Under the pieces are notes generated by a model. The model was not told the origin of the DNA. It was given only the letters and a program-made list of their open reading frames with translations, and ran no database searches. A stretch of 63,989 bases of DNA, filler included, from Craspedostauros australis (lineage: Eukaryota), in NCBI GenBank assembly GCA_030167865.1. It is 15 parts of 15 records of this genome, joined end to end, with 100 filler letters (N's around TTAATTAATTAA, not from the genome) between each part and the next. Parts side by side here need not be neighbours in the genome. Positions count along the whole stretch, not along the records: positions 1 to 23,712 come from JALAGF010000802.1; 14 more parts are not named here. The stretch is one strand, 5' to 3'. Within the stretch, counting starts at the first letter, position 1. Every line of letters begins with the position of its first letter. Below are positions 1 through 11,709 of this stretch, piece after piece. The translations under genes and the position numbers were made by a program.

Positions 1-1654
1 TGGAGAAGCCAAAAACGTCGTTGGGGGAGGGCGGGGGCACTGCCCGTTCATTGAAGTGTCCATACTCTCTCTGTCTCTCTCTCTCTATCTCTCTATCATA
101 GAATTCCGATTAATCCTATTGTTGGCATGTACTATACTATATTATATAATAGTGTATATTCGCACACATATTGATGTTCTGCCCGCATCCAACTGTCCGT
201 TCAAGGACACAAGGACAGCTGTTTGTTGAGCACTCGACACGAAGTCGAGCAGAATGATCGTATCCGAGGTTCGGCGCCGCACGCGTGTGTTACACCTACT
301 GTAGATCGTTCGCGACATCGCTGTAGATGTCCGCAGCAGTAGTGGTTCGTAGAGTATTCACAATACAAGATTTGGTCAAGGCTGTGCATGACGGTCAAGG
401 ACGTCTATGTTGAGAGCAGATCACAGCAAAACCATGTGTGCACCTACGCCGTCGAAGTGAAACATCGCGGGACGAGATGATTTGCAAGCATGCAACTTGG
501 CAAGGGCAAACCAGACTCATAAACTCAGCCATCAAGAACAGTGCAATACCAAGCACCGCAAAGCTTCCGAAGCGCGTCAGTGCAATACACACCAGGTGAG
601 TTCTATTCTGTGTTTGTCTGCATTGAACACAGCAACAATGAAGATCTCGCGCACATGTATATGGGCATGTGCATATGCGCATGTGCATATGCGCATGTGC
701 ATGTGCATGGTGGTCCCACAGAATGCGCATTGTCCTGATGGCACATACATCCCACAAAGAAAATGAAAACGACGTTCGTGTGGCCAATGATCAAGTGGCT
801 GAGCCGCCATGATAATATGCAAATCAGTCGCTGTACAATAGACTGGTATGGACCTAGAGAGACCGAGGACAAAATCCCGGTTTGAAATTTCAATGGCGAA
901 ATAAAACTAATCTAGTACTTATGTTCGATCCACGCCAGTCCGCAGAACGAGAACGTGTGGACGAAGCCATGAATCTTCGATGAATCAAGGACATGCGACA
1001 CGGACAGACTGCGCCAGCACAAGAGGGCAACAGGCACAACACACCAGCAGCAACACCGTGTGCAAAAGTGACGAGAGTGAAGGCGGCACTCCACGCAGCC
1101 TGCGTGTTACGCACACGTTGCACAAGGGTACTCGTACGATCCATCTCGCCTCGTTGGTTGTGTGCTTCCAAGAACACAGGAGGACAGCCATCTCGCCTCC
1201 ATCCGTCAACGCAAGGAGATCGGAGACCCCCCAAGGCAACAGCCTCCGTGTCCGTCCCATCCCGGAAACACATCAACGAACGGCATTATCATCCATCACT
1301 GCCTCCGATTCATCAAAGAGCTCCTCCCAATGCCCACAACAACAGTCACAAAACAACCACATTGCATCAACACCACCACCAACAACACCACCACCACCAA
1401 CAACAACACCAACACCACCAACAACAACGGAAACAACAACAACGGAAACAGTCACAACCGCAGAAACACAAAGGACAGCGCCCCACATCCTCCCGCAATT
1501 CCCGATCGCAGAGGCACAATACTCGTAGCACCCCCTCACAGAAACCCAGTAGAAATCCACAGACGAACGAGTACGAACTCTCTCGTTGGGTACTGACACA
1601 TAATAGTACAGCAGCAACTACTACCACTACGACCACTACCACTACCACCACAAC

Positions 1655-2660
1655 ATGCCGCTCCAAACAGTAACCGTAACCACAACCACTACTACCAACC
1701 CAACTACCAATGCAATCGCCGACACAACCGTGAGCATGCTGACCAACATGCACATTGAGCACCATGAGAACCAGAACCTCGAAAAACCAGGCCGACCCAG
1801 CGACTGCAGCGTTTCCACGGCAAGTACAGGCACAAGAAGCACAAGCAACCCTGGCTCATCCTGCTGCTGCATCGGAAACGAATCGAGGCATCTTCTGGAC
1901 ATCCCAGAGATCAAGGCAGGCGCAGATGCCGCACCTACCAAGGTTCCAGAGATCGTGGACACCACTGCAGACCATTCCTGCGACGATGATACTGCCGCCA
2001 ACACCTCGGCAGACTCGGAGGCCAGCGTTCCATCCGTCTCCGCTGAGCCAAAGCGCGTGAGATTTGGTGAAGTCGAGTTCCGCATGTACCCAATGATCAT
2101 GGGAGACAATCCCGATTGTCGACAGGGACCGCCGGTAAGCATCATCACATCCGTCTGTCGTGACGGGTCTGTGACGTCTAATTCCGTGGGTTCGGGAACA
2201 GGGGCTACTGCTGCTCCATTTCTACAACCGCCTTCACTCACCCACTCATCCCAACCCGTTTCCTCTTTGCAACTGCGTTCTGTGGCGCCGTTCACTACGT
2301 GGATCACGTGCGACCAATCAATTATTGCCTTTCTGTACGCGTACTCAAAAATTGCAGGTAACGATAAGCTGGAATCACTGCAATTCCAAAGCTTTTTCCA
2401 TCGATGATTTCGAGACTGCCCGACCCGCCAGAAAGAGCCAGGAGGAGCTGCAGATGACCTGGGTGCATCGCAAACGCCTGCTGCGATCCGCTTGCGGCGT
2501 GACAGACAAGGAGATGCGCGAGTGCATCGTCACCATCGACAAGATCAGACGGCAGAGGCAACAGACCGTGAAGGGACAGAAATTTGAAGCCTTCAACATC
2601 TTCGCAGAATCTGCAGGACGCAGGGGCAGGCGTCTGTTCTCCCGCAAGAGCTCCTCATGA
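1655..2660 (+). CDS. Diatom-type hypothetical protein (KRVRF...GDNP..GPP.(V)TISW family), 2 exons: 1655-2134, 2358-2660
   Basis: GTAAGC donor at 2135 and TTGCAG acceptor ending 2357 join ...GDNPDCRQGPP to VTISW...DDFETAR in frame. The motif pattern is one I recognise from expanded diatom hypothetical families. Start codon is uncertain. Confidence 0.75.
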
Positions 2661-3541
2661 AGATTGCCCAACAGCACTCTGCCGAGCGCGGAATCGGACC
2701 CCGCACTCGTACTTGTATGGTGTTCTCCTCGCATGGAGTGCACACCATCCTGTAACCCTGCGAACGGTGGCGATAACAACTGCCAACGAACCGCACAGCA
2801 ATTTTGAACGACGGCAATGTCTGCCTGGCTTACTCCACGTCTCTTCTCTTGGATAACAACAAACACGAACACCACCCAAGGCGACCTTCCGATGAAAGCC
2901 GCAAGGAATGCGATGATTATCATACGCAAATGTATACGAGTATCACATGTAATGCATAATACGTATTGTATGACTGGTTAAGTGTTAGACTCCCTGCCAC
3001 TGCTTTACATAATTACACACGCAAATAGTCGCAGACACCAGTGACCACATCAAGCTAACTTGCCTTGCAGCCAATTCATGTTGCGGTACGCTTCGGCAAG
3101 GAGCAGAGTGGATGTGATGCACTCTTTGGATAGTTCCAACTGTTCTCCGCTGCAAAGATGGGCTTGACGGAAGAGCTAGATTCGAGGACGATAGCTTGCC
3201 ACATCAAAAACAGAACAAAATCCGGCGAGCTGATCAACAACGAACACGCCACCACACAAAAGATCTGTCACAACAGAACAGAGAGAGTTCCGACAAACAT
3301 CACAACCGCGACTGGAGCCGGAACTGGAAGCACATCGTGCCGATCCTCAGCTCCACATCTCATTAGGGCTATACACTGTGTCATCACTTTGAGCTGCTGC
3401 ATTGTCGCATTCTCGGCTGTAGCATCACAGTGCAACGCAGAACAGTACACTCCAGTCTGCAGTACATCACTATTCCCAGCCAACAAGTCGAGCGACGGGA
3501 ACGAACATTAACACGAGCATTCACACCAGCAGACCGAAAGG

Positions 3542-4786
3542 ATGGCACGCAAGAAGGTGCTGCTGATGGGCAAGGCCCATTCGGGCAAGACGTCGATGCG
3601 ATCCATCATCTTTGCCAACTACCTCGCGCAGGACACGCAGAGGTTCAGCCCGACGCTGGACGTGGAGCACCATCACGTGCGCTTCCTCGGCGACCTCATC
3701 CTCAACCTCTGGGATTGCGGCGGCCAGGACACCTTCTTCGAATCCTACTTCGAGCGCGATCGCGAGACCATCTTCCGATCGGTGGAGCTGCTCATCTACG
3801 TCTTCGACATCGAATCGGACAATCCGGAGAAGGAGTTCGATCACTTCTGCGGCGTCCTGGAGGCCATCGAGGAGAACTCGCCAGACGCCAAGGTCTTCGT
3901 CCTCATCCACAAGATGGACCTGGTGGCGGAGGAGGATCGCGAGCCCATCCTGGAGGACCGCAAGCTGCTCATCCGCAACTCCTGCGAAACCTACGGCGTG
4001 GAGAACTACCAGTGCTTCGGAACCTCCATATGGGACGAGACGCTGTACAAGGCGTGGTCGGAGATCGTCACCAACCTCATTCCCAACATCGCGCTGCTGG
4101 AGAGCCAGCTCAACAAGTTCTGCGTGCAGTGCGATGCTGACGAGGTGGTCCTCTTCGAACGCGCCACCTTCCTCGTCATCAGCCACGCCGTCAACAAGGG
4201 CGAGTACCATGACTACATGCTCCCGCTGCACGTCGCCAACGGCACACTCGACAGCATATCGCACCAGGCGATCGACAATGGCACCACGACGGAGGGCGGG
4301 ACGCTGGAACCAGCATCGCTCGCATCCTCGCCGAGGACGGGCGATGTAGGTGGTCAGACAGCGGGGGATTCGTCGCTGGTCATGGCCAACAGCCTGGATG
4401 TGCCTCCCACCAACATGGATTACGTCACGGAAGCCTCCTCCATGACGCAGGATGGCGCGAAGAACATCGTCCTGTCCGAAGTACCCGCGATGCAACGACA
4501 GACCGCCGTCGCCAAGCACCAATCGCGAACGCCTCATTTCGACGCGCACCGGTTCGAAAAGATCAGCAACATCGTCAAGCAATTCAAGCTGTCCTGCAGC
4601 AAGGCGCAAGCAGAGTTCCAGGGCATGCAGGTCAAAAATTCGAGATTCTCGGCCTATATCGATGCTTTCACCGCCACGACCTACATCATGGTGATCGTGT
4701 CGGATCCGGACGTGCATTCCGCGGCGACGTTGTTGAACATCCAGAATGCGCGCAGTCACTTCGATCGATACTTTCCGAGGGGCTGA
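3542..4786 (+). CDS. RRAGA: Ras-related GTP-binding protein A/B (Gtr1/RagA), TORC1 amino-acid signalling
   Basis: [64 protein letters not shown] and [17 protein letters not shown] are RagA/B hallmarks. Confidence 0.97.
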   Translation: MARKKVLLMGKAHSGKTSMRSIIFANYLAQDTQRFSPTLDVEHHHVRFLGDLILNLWDCGGQDTFFESYFERDRETIFRSVELLIYVFDIESDNPEKEFDHFCGVLEAIEENSPDAKVFVLIHKMDLVAEEDREPILEDRKLLIRNSCETYGVENYQCFGTSIWDETLYKAWSEIVTNLIPNIALLESQLNKFCVQCDADEVVLFERATFLVISHAVNKGEYHDYMLPLHVANGTLDSISHQAIDNGTTTEGGTLEPASLASSPRTGDVGGQTAGDSSLVMANSLDVPPTNMDYVTEASSMTQDGAKNIVLSEVPAMQRQTAVAKHQSRTPHFDAHRFEKISNIVKQFKLSCSKAQAEFQGMQVKNSRFSAYIDAFTATTYIMVIVSDPDVHSAATLLNIQNARSHFDRYFPRG

Positions 4787-5022
4787 GGGACGGCGGTAGA
4801 GTTGTTGGGAGACATACGTACGAGTAGTCGCACAGTGATTTGTATTGGTACTATATGTAGATCTTCGACTTTCCTCCACTCGAACATGCGTGCGACCTGC
4901 AAGTACTTTTGGTGCAATGCTCTAGCACTTGCGTGTGAATAGTGTTATACTGAGCATACTCGCACTATGACGTTCACACGAAAACACCACCAAGAGCAGC
5001 GGACTTGTCTGCTTTAGAGTGT

Positions 5023-6728
5023 CTAGTCTGTCCAATACGTCGGAAGCTGCTTGAACACCACCCCGCATTCCCGTAGCTTCACCTTGGCTGCCTTCATGCC
5101 CTGGATGGCTTGCCGTTTCTCCTCCTTATCCTTAATCTTGTCTTGGTGGAATTCCACCACGAGCATCGCGCTGTTCCTGCCGCCATCCACAAAGTCACAC
5201 AGCACGTTGCTTGCGGCAACTTCCTTGACGATGCTGTACTCCGCCCCTTCCACATCCATCTTGACGAGGATCGAGGCACCGGATAGTGCGGCAGCACTCC
5301 CATGAACGCCAGCGTTGTCTTTCAAATACCGCCCGAGCTTGCTACGGATCATGGTGCTCAGAGAGATGCCCGTCACATGAGCTTTCACCGAAGTGCCATT
5401 GTTGCGCTTTGCCGTTTTGCGAATGTCTGGCATGCTCTGGATCAAGCTCGATCCCCAGAACTGGAACGAGACGTGGAATGGGCAAGAAAGAGAAATTAAG
5501 TCGAGCCAATACGTGCAATGGAATAAGAGCATCAATATTGAGCTGTGCAATGGACAGCGAGCGTTGGGTTGTCTATTCTCGAACGAAAAGACAAAAGGAT
5601 ACATAGGTAGAGACAGGTAGGTGGAAGCGAATGTGACTCTTTGCGTTCGAATGTGCCTTGGCTACCATGCACACATGCCAAAGTCTCTCGCGCCACATTC
5701 GCATACTCTACACATCCATATTCACTCCCATGTCGATGTCGATGGAGCAAGGAATCCACTCGATCTACAGTTTGACTCACATGATGTTCCGCCGAGAACT
5801 GATCGACGTACAGCGTCGTGATCCCGTCCGTGGGTGCGACGACAGTCTCCGTCAGGATTTCTAGATGCTTCATCGGCTTCGGTTGAATGTTGTGATTGAT
5901 GAAGTCCTGCAGTCGCTTCAATCGCGCAGTGAAGTGGGGATTTCCTTCCACTCCGTAAACGCAGACGTCCTCGGGTGTTGAATCGGCGACGATAGTGCCA
6001 TAATGCCGTTGCAGCAATCCCAGCAGGCCGAAGGATTTGAAGCCATGCGTGTGCATCGTCAGAGTCTCAGTTTCGAAATGCGGATGCGGAAACGATTGGT
6101 CGTTGCGGTAGGCTCCCTTATGCATCGCAAAAGCCGTCACCCAGAGCGGCGAGCACACATCCAGCACTGCGTCCAGAAAGTAGCCGATGGAGTCGCCGCG
6201 GTTGGTGCCCAAGTCCAGGAATACGTGCTTGCAGGGTTCGGGTGCGTTCACGCTCATGGTTATTGCTGTCGATGACGCTGCATCCCCGTTTGCCTTGGAA
6301 TGCAACTGAGCAGTTGGATCATTCGCCAACAACGAATTGATGGCTGCCAATTCCACCCTCTCCTTCTCTCGCAAGAATGGTCCCATCGACACTTCGCTTT
6401 GATCCGCAGATTTTGCAGCGGCTTGATCAATGATGGTCTGACACTCTCCGCGCAACTTGGATCTCCAATGCTTGATCGTCGAAGCATGGCCGTCACCGTT
6501 GTTGCGGATTGAAGATCGATCTTGCACACCGTCCAGCGCAAGGAACGACGGTCTCATGTCCTGCGCCATTCGAATCGTCTCCAACCCTTCATTTGACTTG
6601 GCAACTCCCCAGCATAGCGATGTGATGTAGGCGATCGTTGCCGAAGCGACAAGGATGGCATAGAAGAATCGGCCTGACAGTAGGTATCTTCGAGGTCCTC
6701 TCTTCCTTCTCACCAGTGCCGGTGCCAT
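5023..6728 (-). CDS. Type II membrane FkbM-like SAM-dependent methyltransferase, 2 exons: 6728-5781, 5460-5023
   Basis: N-terminal TM segment (FFYAILVASATIAYITSLCW). Motifs VFLDLGTNRGD, VYGVEGNP and VKMDVEGAEY, LVVEFH. Phase-0 intron 5780-5461 (GTGAGT...CAG) joins the two ORFs. Confidence 0.8.
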
Positions 6729-7158
6729 TCGTCAATCCTCTCATTCCAGCACCGGCTGTTGAAGAACGGGAGGAATGCACGTTGTGGATAGCTCGAAGAT
6801 GACGGGGTGTGATGGGGATTGAACTGGACGGAGCGCTTGGTTCCCAGCCGATTTTGTGGGAACAAACGAAATCGTGAGAGAATCTCACAACAGTCATTTC
6901 ATGGAAGGCAGGTGTAATTTAAATATACACCGAATATATGTGCAATTGAAACACGTTCCTATGAGGCTGATGGGTAGGCGGGAATGAATGCTGACCAAAA
7001 ATCAAGGATGCGAACAACACAAACCAAACCGAAGAAGAACAAGTCGTTTTTCATTTTATTGATGGCGGCAGCAACAACAACACTGCGAAGCCCAGACTCA
7101 TGGAGTATAGTAGCTGGTTGAGCTTCAATAGCATCTTGTCATCGAAAGGTTGATCCCG

Positions 7159-8748
7159 ATGAGCTGCAGCAAGGCAATATCAACGCTAACAGCTACTGCA
7201 GCAACCGCGTTGAGGCGATGGCCCTTCTCGTTCCGTGTGAATTCATTTGTTGGTCAGGCAATTGTGAATGGGCGAGCCTCGATTGATGGAGCTGCTCATG
7301 CGAGTGCTGTCATGCATCGTCCAAGGTGTAGCCAATTGAGGTCGTATTCCATAGCGTCATCATGTTGCGGATCGGTGCTTCCATCATGGTCGTCCATGTC
7401 GTCACGGCAACACTCACCTGAGCGATCGCCGTTGACATCGATGCAACCAATGACGTCATGGCACACATCGTGGATGCGACACCGATCCACGATGTCTCGA
7501 TTTGGAGGATCAGACCCATTGCAGCCATCACGCTCCTATCTGACAAGGCCCGTATCCACCACTCCACGCAATTGGGCAAAGGCAAGGAGAAGGGAGGACG
7601 CGGCCCCGTCCCCCAGGTCGATGAGGACTGTCCAGCAAATGCAGGTATCCAACGCCATACCCCCAAATGCAGTGGATGCATCCTGTCCCGTGCAAACGTA
7701 CCATGCGGCTCAGACGATAGATTTGGCAGCCGTCTTTTCCAAGGTTTTTCCTGCGCAGGGTATCCACAAGGTCATGAAGAAGCGCTGCGTCATTATCGAG
7801 CTGGGACCGGCAGACAACACCAAGTCCAAATCGCCCACACCCCCAAACGCACCCACCTCCGAGCCAACGAGAGTGGAGGAAGCGCCGAGCTTGTCCAGGT
7901 TCGTTGTGGTCTTCCGGTTCGGCTCGGTCGTCTTCTTCAACGTCTCTACGAAGGACATGGCATCGATGTTGCGGAAGATCAAGAAGTGTGCGAAGCAACC
8001 CATTGCGAGCGACTTTGAAGGGAAGGAGAACTACTGCGTCCATGTCCAATCCAAGATGGAGGCCGCCGACGAGGAGACGGCGGTCACCGGAGATTACTGC
8101 ATTGTTCAGGAACTCAACATGGAATCCGCCGATGTCATCTCCAGCGTCCTCGCTCAATCTGTCGCCATCGAGACCTACAATCACTCGGTTGAAGGGCTGC
8201 TCAGCAACTTTGCGGAAATCAACGGCATCGTCCAATCGACCGGAGATCTATCCGACATCAAGCGCGATCGCCTGTTCCAGGCTGTGGCGCAGAACAACAG
8301 CATCTTCATTGACATGGTCAGCAAGCTCGGTCTGAAGAGCCGCAGTGAGACGGCGTGGAACCTCAGCCAGTACGAGCACATCCACGAGGGCATGCGAGAG
8401 GAGTTCGAGATTTCATCGCGATTCCAAAACATTGAATTCAAGCTCAATCTCATCCAGCAGAATGCCAAGTTCTTCCTCGAAGTGATGGCGAACCAAAAGA
8501 GCAACTCGCTGGAGTGGATCATCATCGTCCTCATCTTGTTTGAATGCATCTTGATGATCATGGAGATGAGCGGGTTGGGTGAGCAATTCTTTGGGACGGT
8601 GGCCAACATGATGGGGTTGGTTCCGTCGGCCTCGACGATGGTAGCGGCGAGCCCGGTCCAGCTGCCGGATGCGCTGCCATCGGAGCTGCAACCGTCGTTT
8701 CCATCGCAAGCATTGGCCAAGGTGCAACCTCGGACAAGCGCCCAATAA
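7159..8748 (+). CDS. RMD1/RMND1-like DUF155 protein, probably mitochondrial
   Basis: VVVFRFGSVVFFN, VLAQSVAI, EEFEISSRF..IEFKLNLIQQN, LEWIIIVLILFE followed by a C-terminal TM segment. Long R/S-rich N-terminus. First ATG at 7159. Confidence 0.88.
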   Translation: MSCSKAISTLTATAATALRRWPFSFRVNSFVGQAIVNGRASIDGAAHASAVMHRPRCSQLRSYSIASSCCGSVLPSWSSMSSRQHSPERSPLTSMQPMTSWHTSWMRHRSTMSRFGGSDPLQPSRSYLTRPVSTTPRNWAKARRREDAAPSPRSMRTVQQMQVSNAIPPNAVDASCPVQTYHAAQTIDLAAVFSKVFPAQGIHKVMKKRCVIIELGPADNTKSKSPTPPNAPTSEPTRVEEAPSLSRFVVVFRFGSVVFFNVSTKDMASMLRKIKKCAKQPIASDFEGKENYCVHVQSKMEAADEETAVTGDYCIVQELNMESADVISSVLAQSVAIETYNHSVEGLLSNFAEINGIVQSTGDLSDIKRDRLFQAVAQNNSIFIDMVSKLGLKSRSETAWNLSQYEHIHEGMREEFEISSRFQNIEFKLNLIQQNAKFFLEVMANQKSNSLEWIIIVLILFECILMIMEMSGLGEQFFGTVANMMGLVPSASTMVAASPVQLPDALPSELQPSFPSQALAKVQPRTSAQ

Positions 8749-9037
8749 GTGTTACCTTTCTCTGTACTCGCAGTTGGTGCTCTCCATTATCAATGAAATC
8801 ACTCTAGATTAAGAATATTATAGATGGGTAGCCCACGGTATCACTGCATCTTCTGCTGGATTGCATTATCATTGTGAGAGGCGGGGAAGGCAAGCTGGCA
8901 GACAAAGCAAATGCTTCTTCGATGTCACCATGAATGCCACTTCATTTGTACTTTCACCCATTGGTTCGTTCATGCAATCGTCAACGCGTCAACAGCACGC
9001 ATCTGAGCATCCCTCCCTCCATCCCTCTATCGGGCCA

Positions 9038-11059
9038 TCACGCCGCGGTCCCTCTTCCCAGCGTCGTGACAGCATTGCGCGTCAAGTAGACGTACTCCTC
9101 TTTGGACAAGCCGACCGCCTGCGCAGATCCCGGAGTCTTGGTGAGCTCCTGCGTGAAGCGCAATTCCAACAACACCATGTCCAGCAGAATGACGGTCATG
9201 GCCTTCCATTCCGCAAGCGCAAGCTTCGCCACGGGCGTGCTGTAATCGAACACTCTCAAGAAATCTGCCAGCCGCCGCTCCGCCTTGCGTTTGACGTGGA
9301 CCATGTCATCGGCCTTGCCCGATGTCAGCTCGTTGAGGCAACGTGGGAGGTTCATCTTGATCATCGCCATCAATCCGGCACAGCGCGACGCGCCGACATC
9401 GGAACGATCCACCTGTGGCGCCCACTCGGTGGACGCTGCAATTGTAGGGGTCGTGCTGGGAGAATTTGCATTGGCGCCCGCTTTATTGTCGCCGTCGGTG
9501 TTGCCGTCCTGCTCGGCGCTGGCTTGTAGTTTTTGCTGGTTCGTGACGTCAATCACCAGCCGCTGTAACCATTGGACGGCTTGGGGCGTGATCCATTCAG
9601 CGATGACATTCCAAAACTTCATGAATGCTCTCTGTGACGACGGATCGTTGGTGGATCCGTTGGCATCAGCTCCTTCGCCATCCATGGTGTTGATATCATC
9701 ACCGCCGCCATCGTCGTCGTTGTAGTATTCGTCCGATAGCTTGCACGATTCTAACATTTCCATCAAACTGGCATCGTCGCCGTCGTCATCATCGCCTTCA
9801 GGAGTGTCTTCTTTGTCGAGGTTGTTCTGGTTTTCATTATCCGCATCGTCGAAATCTTCGTCAGCATTGTCGTCGTCATCATCATCAAATATGTCCATTC
9901 TTCCTTTGAAGGCTTTGTACTGCGCTGCCCTTGCAACCTCCTCTTCTTCCTTGGCCTCCACACGGTAGTCCTTGTATTCCGCGGGAGACATGCACGAGAA
10001 TGAGATGTTTGCTTCCACCATCTGGGTGTCGTCAGTGATGACATCTGGATTTTGCGGCATTTCATGACCAGCCGCAACCAGCAATTCCTCGACAGAGTTC
10101 AGAATAAGGGGATTCTCGTCTCCGTCATCTTCACCATTATCCTCTGCGTTGTCTTCGCCTTCGTCGGTCCTCTTGCGTGCAGTATTGCTCGAGCCGACTT
10201 TGGCTGGCGGTACCGATGCCGCGTTTGCTTGCTTCGATGACGCCTGCGGTCCGCCCGAAACATTTGCTGGCGATGGAACGTTCTGATCAAACTTGACGGA
10301 CGCAATGTGTGATGATTGTGGCACATAACCCTCCACCGCAGAGGCTTGTAGCGATGAGGTTGCTGCGGAACCTGTCTTCTTCTTTTGTCGAGACGAGACC
10401 TTGCGTCTTCTGGGACGGACGCTTGGATCTCGCTCCACCACGAATTTCTTGCAGACAACTGGTCCGGATCTCGCTGCCGCTTCTGGCGCAGGTTTCAGAT
10501 CTTGCGTCTCCGATACCATGGTTGGTAGAAATCGGGATCCTGATGACTGCATGATCATGGACGACTCGTGCATTACCGGTTGCTGGAGCTGGTGCTGTTT
10601 GTTGGCTGAGGTGTACTTGGGCGCTTTCAGAATGCTCTTGGGCGTCTCGCTACTCACAACAGTCTCGTGCTCGTGCTTCTTCGTGGTGGGATCCTTGGCC
10701 GTCTCCATAATGTTTGGTGGAGATGAGACAACGACCACACTCTGTGCGGCTGTACCTGTAGCCGCAGGTGCAGCTGTACCACCACCACCCACTCCCATCC
10801 ATGCCTTCATCCGCGAGTTGGTCGAATTCACGCTTCCTCCATCTTTCACATTCGCAGCGGCGAGAGCCGCATCTGCTTTGGTGCCAACAGCGGTGCGAGT
10901 GGGAGTAGGCGGAGGACTTGCAGTCGCTGTCGTCTTCTGCGCTTTGCCCCGACTCCGCACCCTTGGACGCACATGGCTCGATGGCCTCTCAGAGGGGCTC
11001 TCCATCGCCACTTTCTGCTGTTCTTGTTGATGATGATGTTGTTCCTTCTGCTCTGTCAT
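9038..11059 (-). CDS. 673-aa protein with a disordered/acidic N-terminal region and an RPAP2/RIMA-like C-terminal domain
   Basis: Uninterrupted ORF. FMKFWNVIAEWIT, VFDY....LALAEWKAMTVILL and AQAVGLSKEEY..L......LGR resemble the RPAP2 C-terminal region as I recall it (not searched). Confidence 0.6.
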   Translation of the reverse strand: MTEQKEQHHHQQEQQKVAMESPSERPSSHVRPRVRSRGKAQKTTATASPPPTPTRTAVGTKADAALAAANVKDGGSVNSTNSRMKAWMGVGGGGTAAPAATGTAAQSVVVVSSPPNIMETAKDPTTKKHEHETVVSSETPKSILKAPKYTSANKQHQLQQPVMHESSMIMQSSGSRFLPTMVSETQDLKPAPEAAARSGPVVCKKFVVERDPSVRPRRRKVSSRQKKKTGSAATSSLQASAVEGYVPQSSHIASVKFDQNVPSPANVSGGPQASSKQANAASVPPAKVGSSNTARKRTDEGEDNAEDNGEDDGDENPLILNSVEELLVAAGHEMPQNPDVITDDTQMVEANISFSCMSPAEYKDYRVEAKEEEEVARAAQYKAFKGRMDIFDDDDDDNADEDFDDADNENQNNLDKEDTPEGDDDDGDDASLMEMLESCKLSDEYYNDDDGGGDDINTMDGEGADANGSTNDPSSQRAFMKFWNVIAEWITPQAVQWLQRLVIDVTNQQKLQASAEQDGNTDGDNKAGANANSPSTTPTIAASTEWAPQVDRSDVGASRCAGLMAMIKMNLPRCLNELTSGKADDMVHVKRKAERRLADFLRVFDYSTPVAKLALAEWKAMTVILLDMVLLELRFTQELTKTPGSAQAVGLSKEEYVYLTRNAVTTLGRGTAA

Positions 11060-11709
11060 CCTCCTTTGATTGTAAATTGTGAATTGAGTGGCGAGTTATG
11101 GGCGGAAGCAATCGTACGGTACGACTTTGCGCTCGCACAAGCAACCAAATCGAACCAAACTGCCGCGCGCCACACCCGTTTGGTGTTGTGGATTGAATGG
11201 TGATTGTTTGGTGATTGCTGGTGCCTTGTTTGAGAAGCGTTCTCGTGGGTGTGTTGCGCTGTGTTTCGGGTTTCGCGGTTTTGTGTTTCGTGATTTTAGT
11301 CTGTTGAGTCGATAGATGCTCCAAACGTGGACTCCAGGAACACACGATTGAATTTCTAAGTCCATGTAGTCGTAGATCAACAAAGACATATCGACGATCT
11401 CTCTGCAGAAGTACAGAGTATGATACGTGGAGACGGAGGGCAAAGCCTCGTACTTGACAGCTCATACATAACACCGGAGGCATGATACGACCAAGTCGTC
11501 TTGCTGTAGATCGCACAATCGAGATCAAATGATGTCGACGGATGATGATATTACTATTCTCTTCACATTTACGAGTACTTGTAGATACAGCCCGAGGTCC
11601 CAGGATGGCGGCATTCTTCTTTCACAAACACGGGGCGAGCGAACATGCCTGTGCAGAGTACGCTGCTCTACTGCGCTGTTCCTGCTCCTGCGGATTCTCT
11701 ACGCTAACT

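Noticed and set aside
980..1700. ORFs with poly-T/Q/H/N tracts (and similar ones at 30726-31532)
   Set aside because: They arise from CAA/CAC-rich leader microsatellites and have no domain content.
3521..4879. Long antisense ORF over RagA (likewise over the ABCG, GH1, RMD1 and SDR genes)
   Set aside because: Shadow ORFs caused by GC3-biased coding on the opposite strand.
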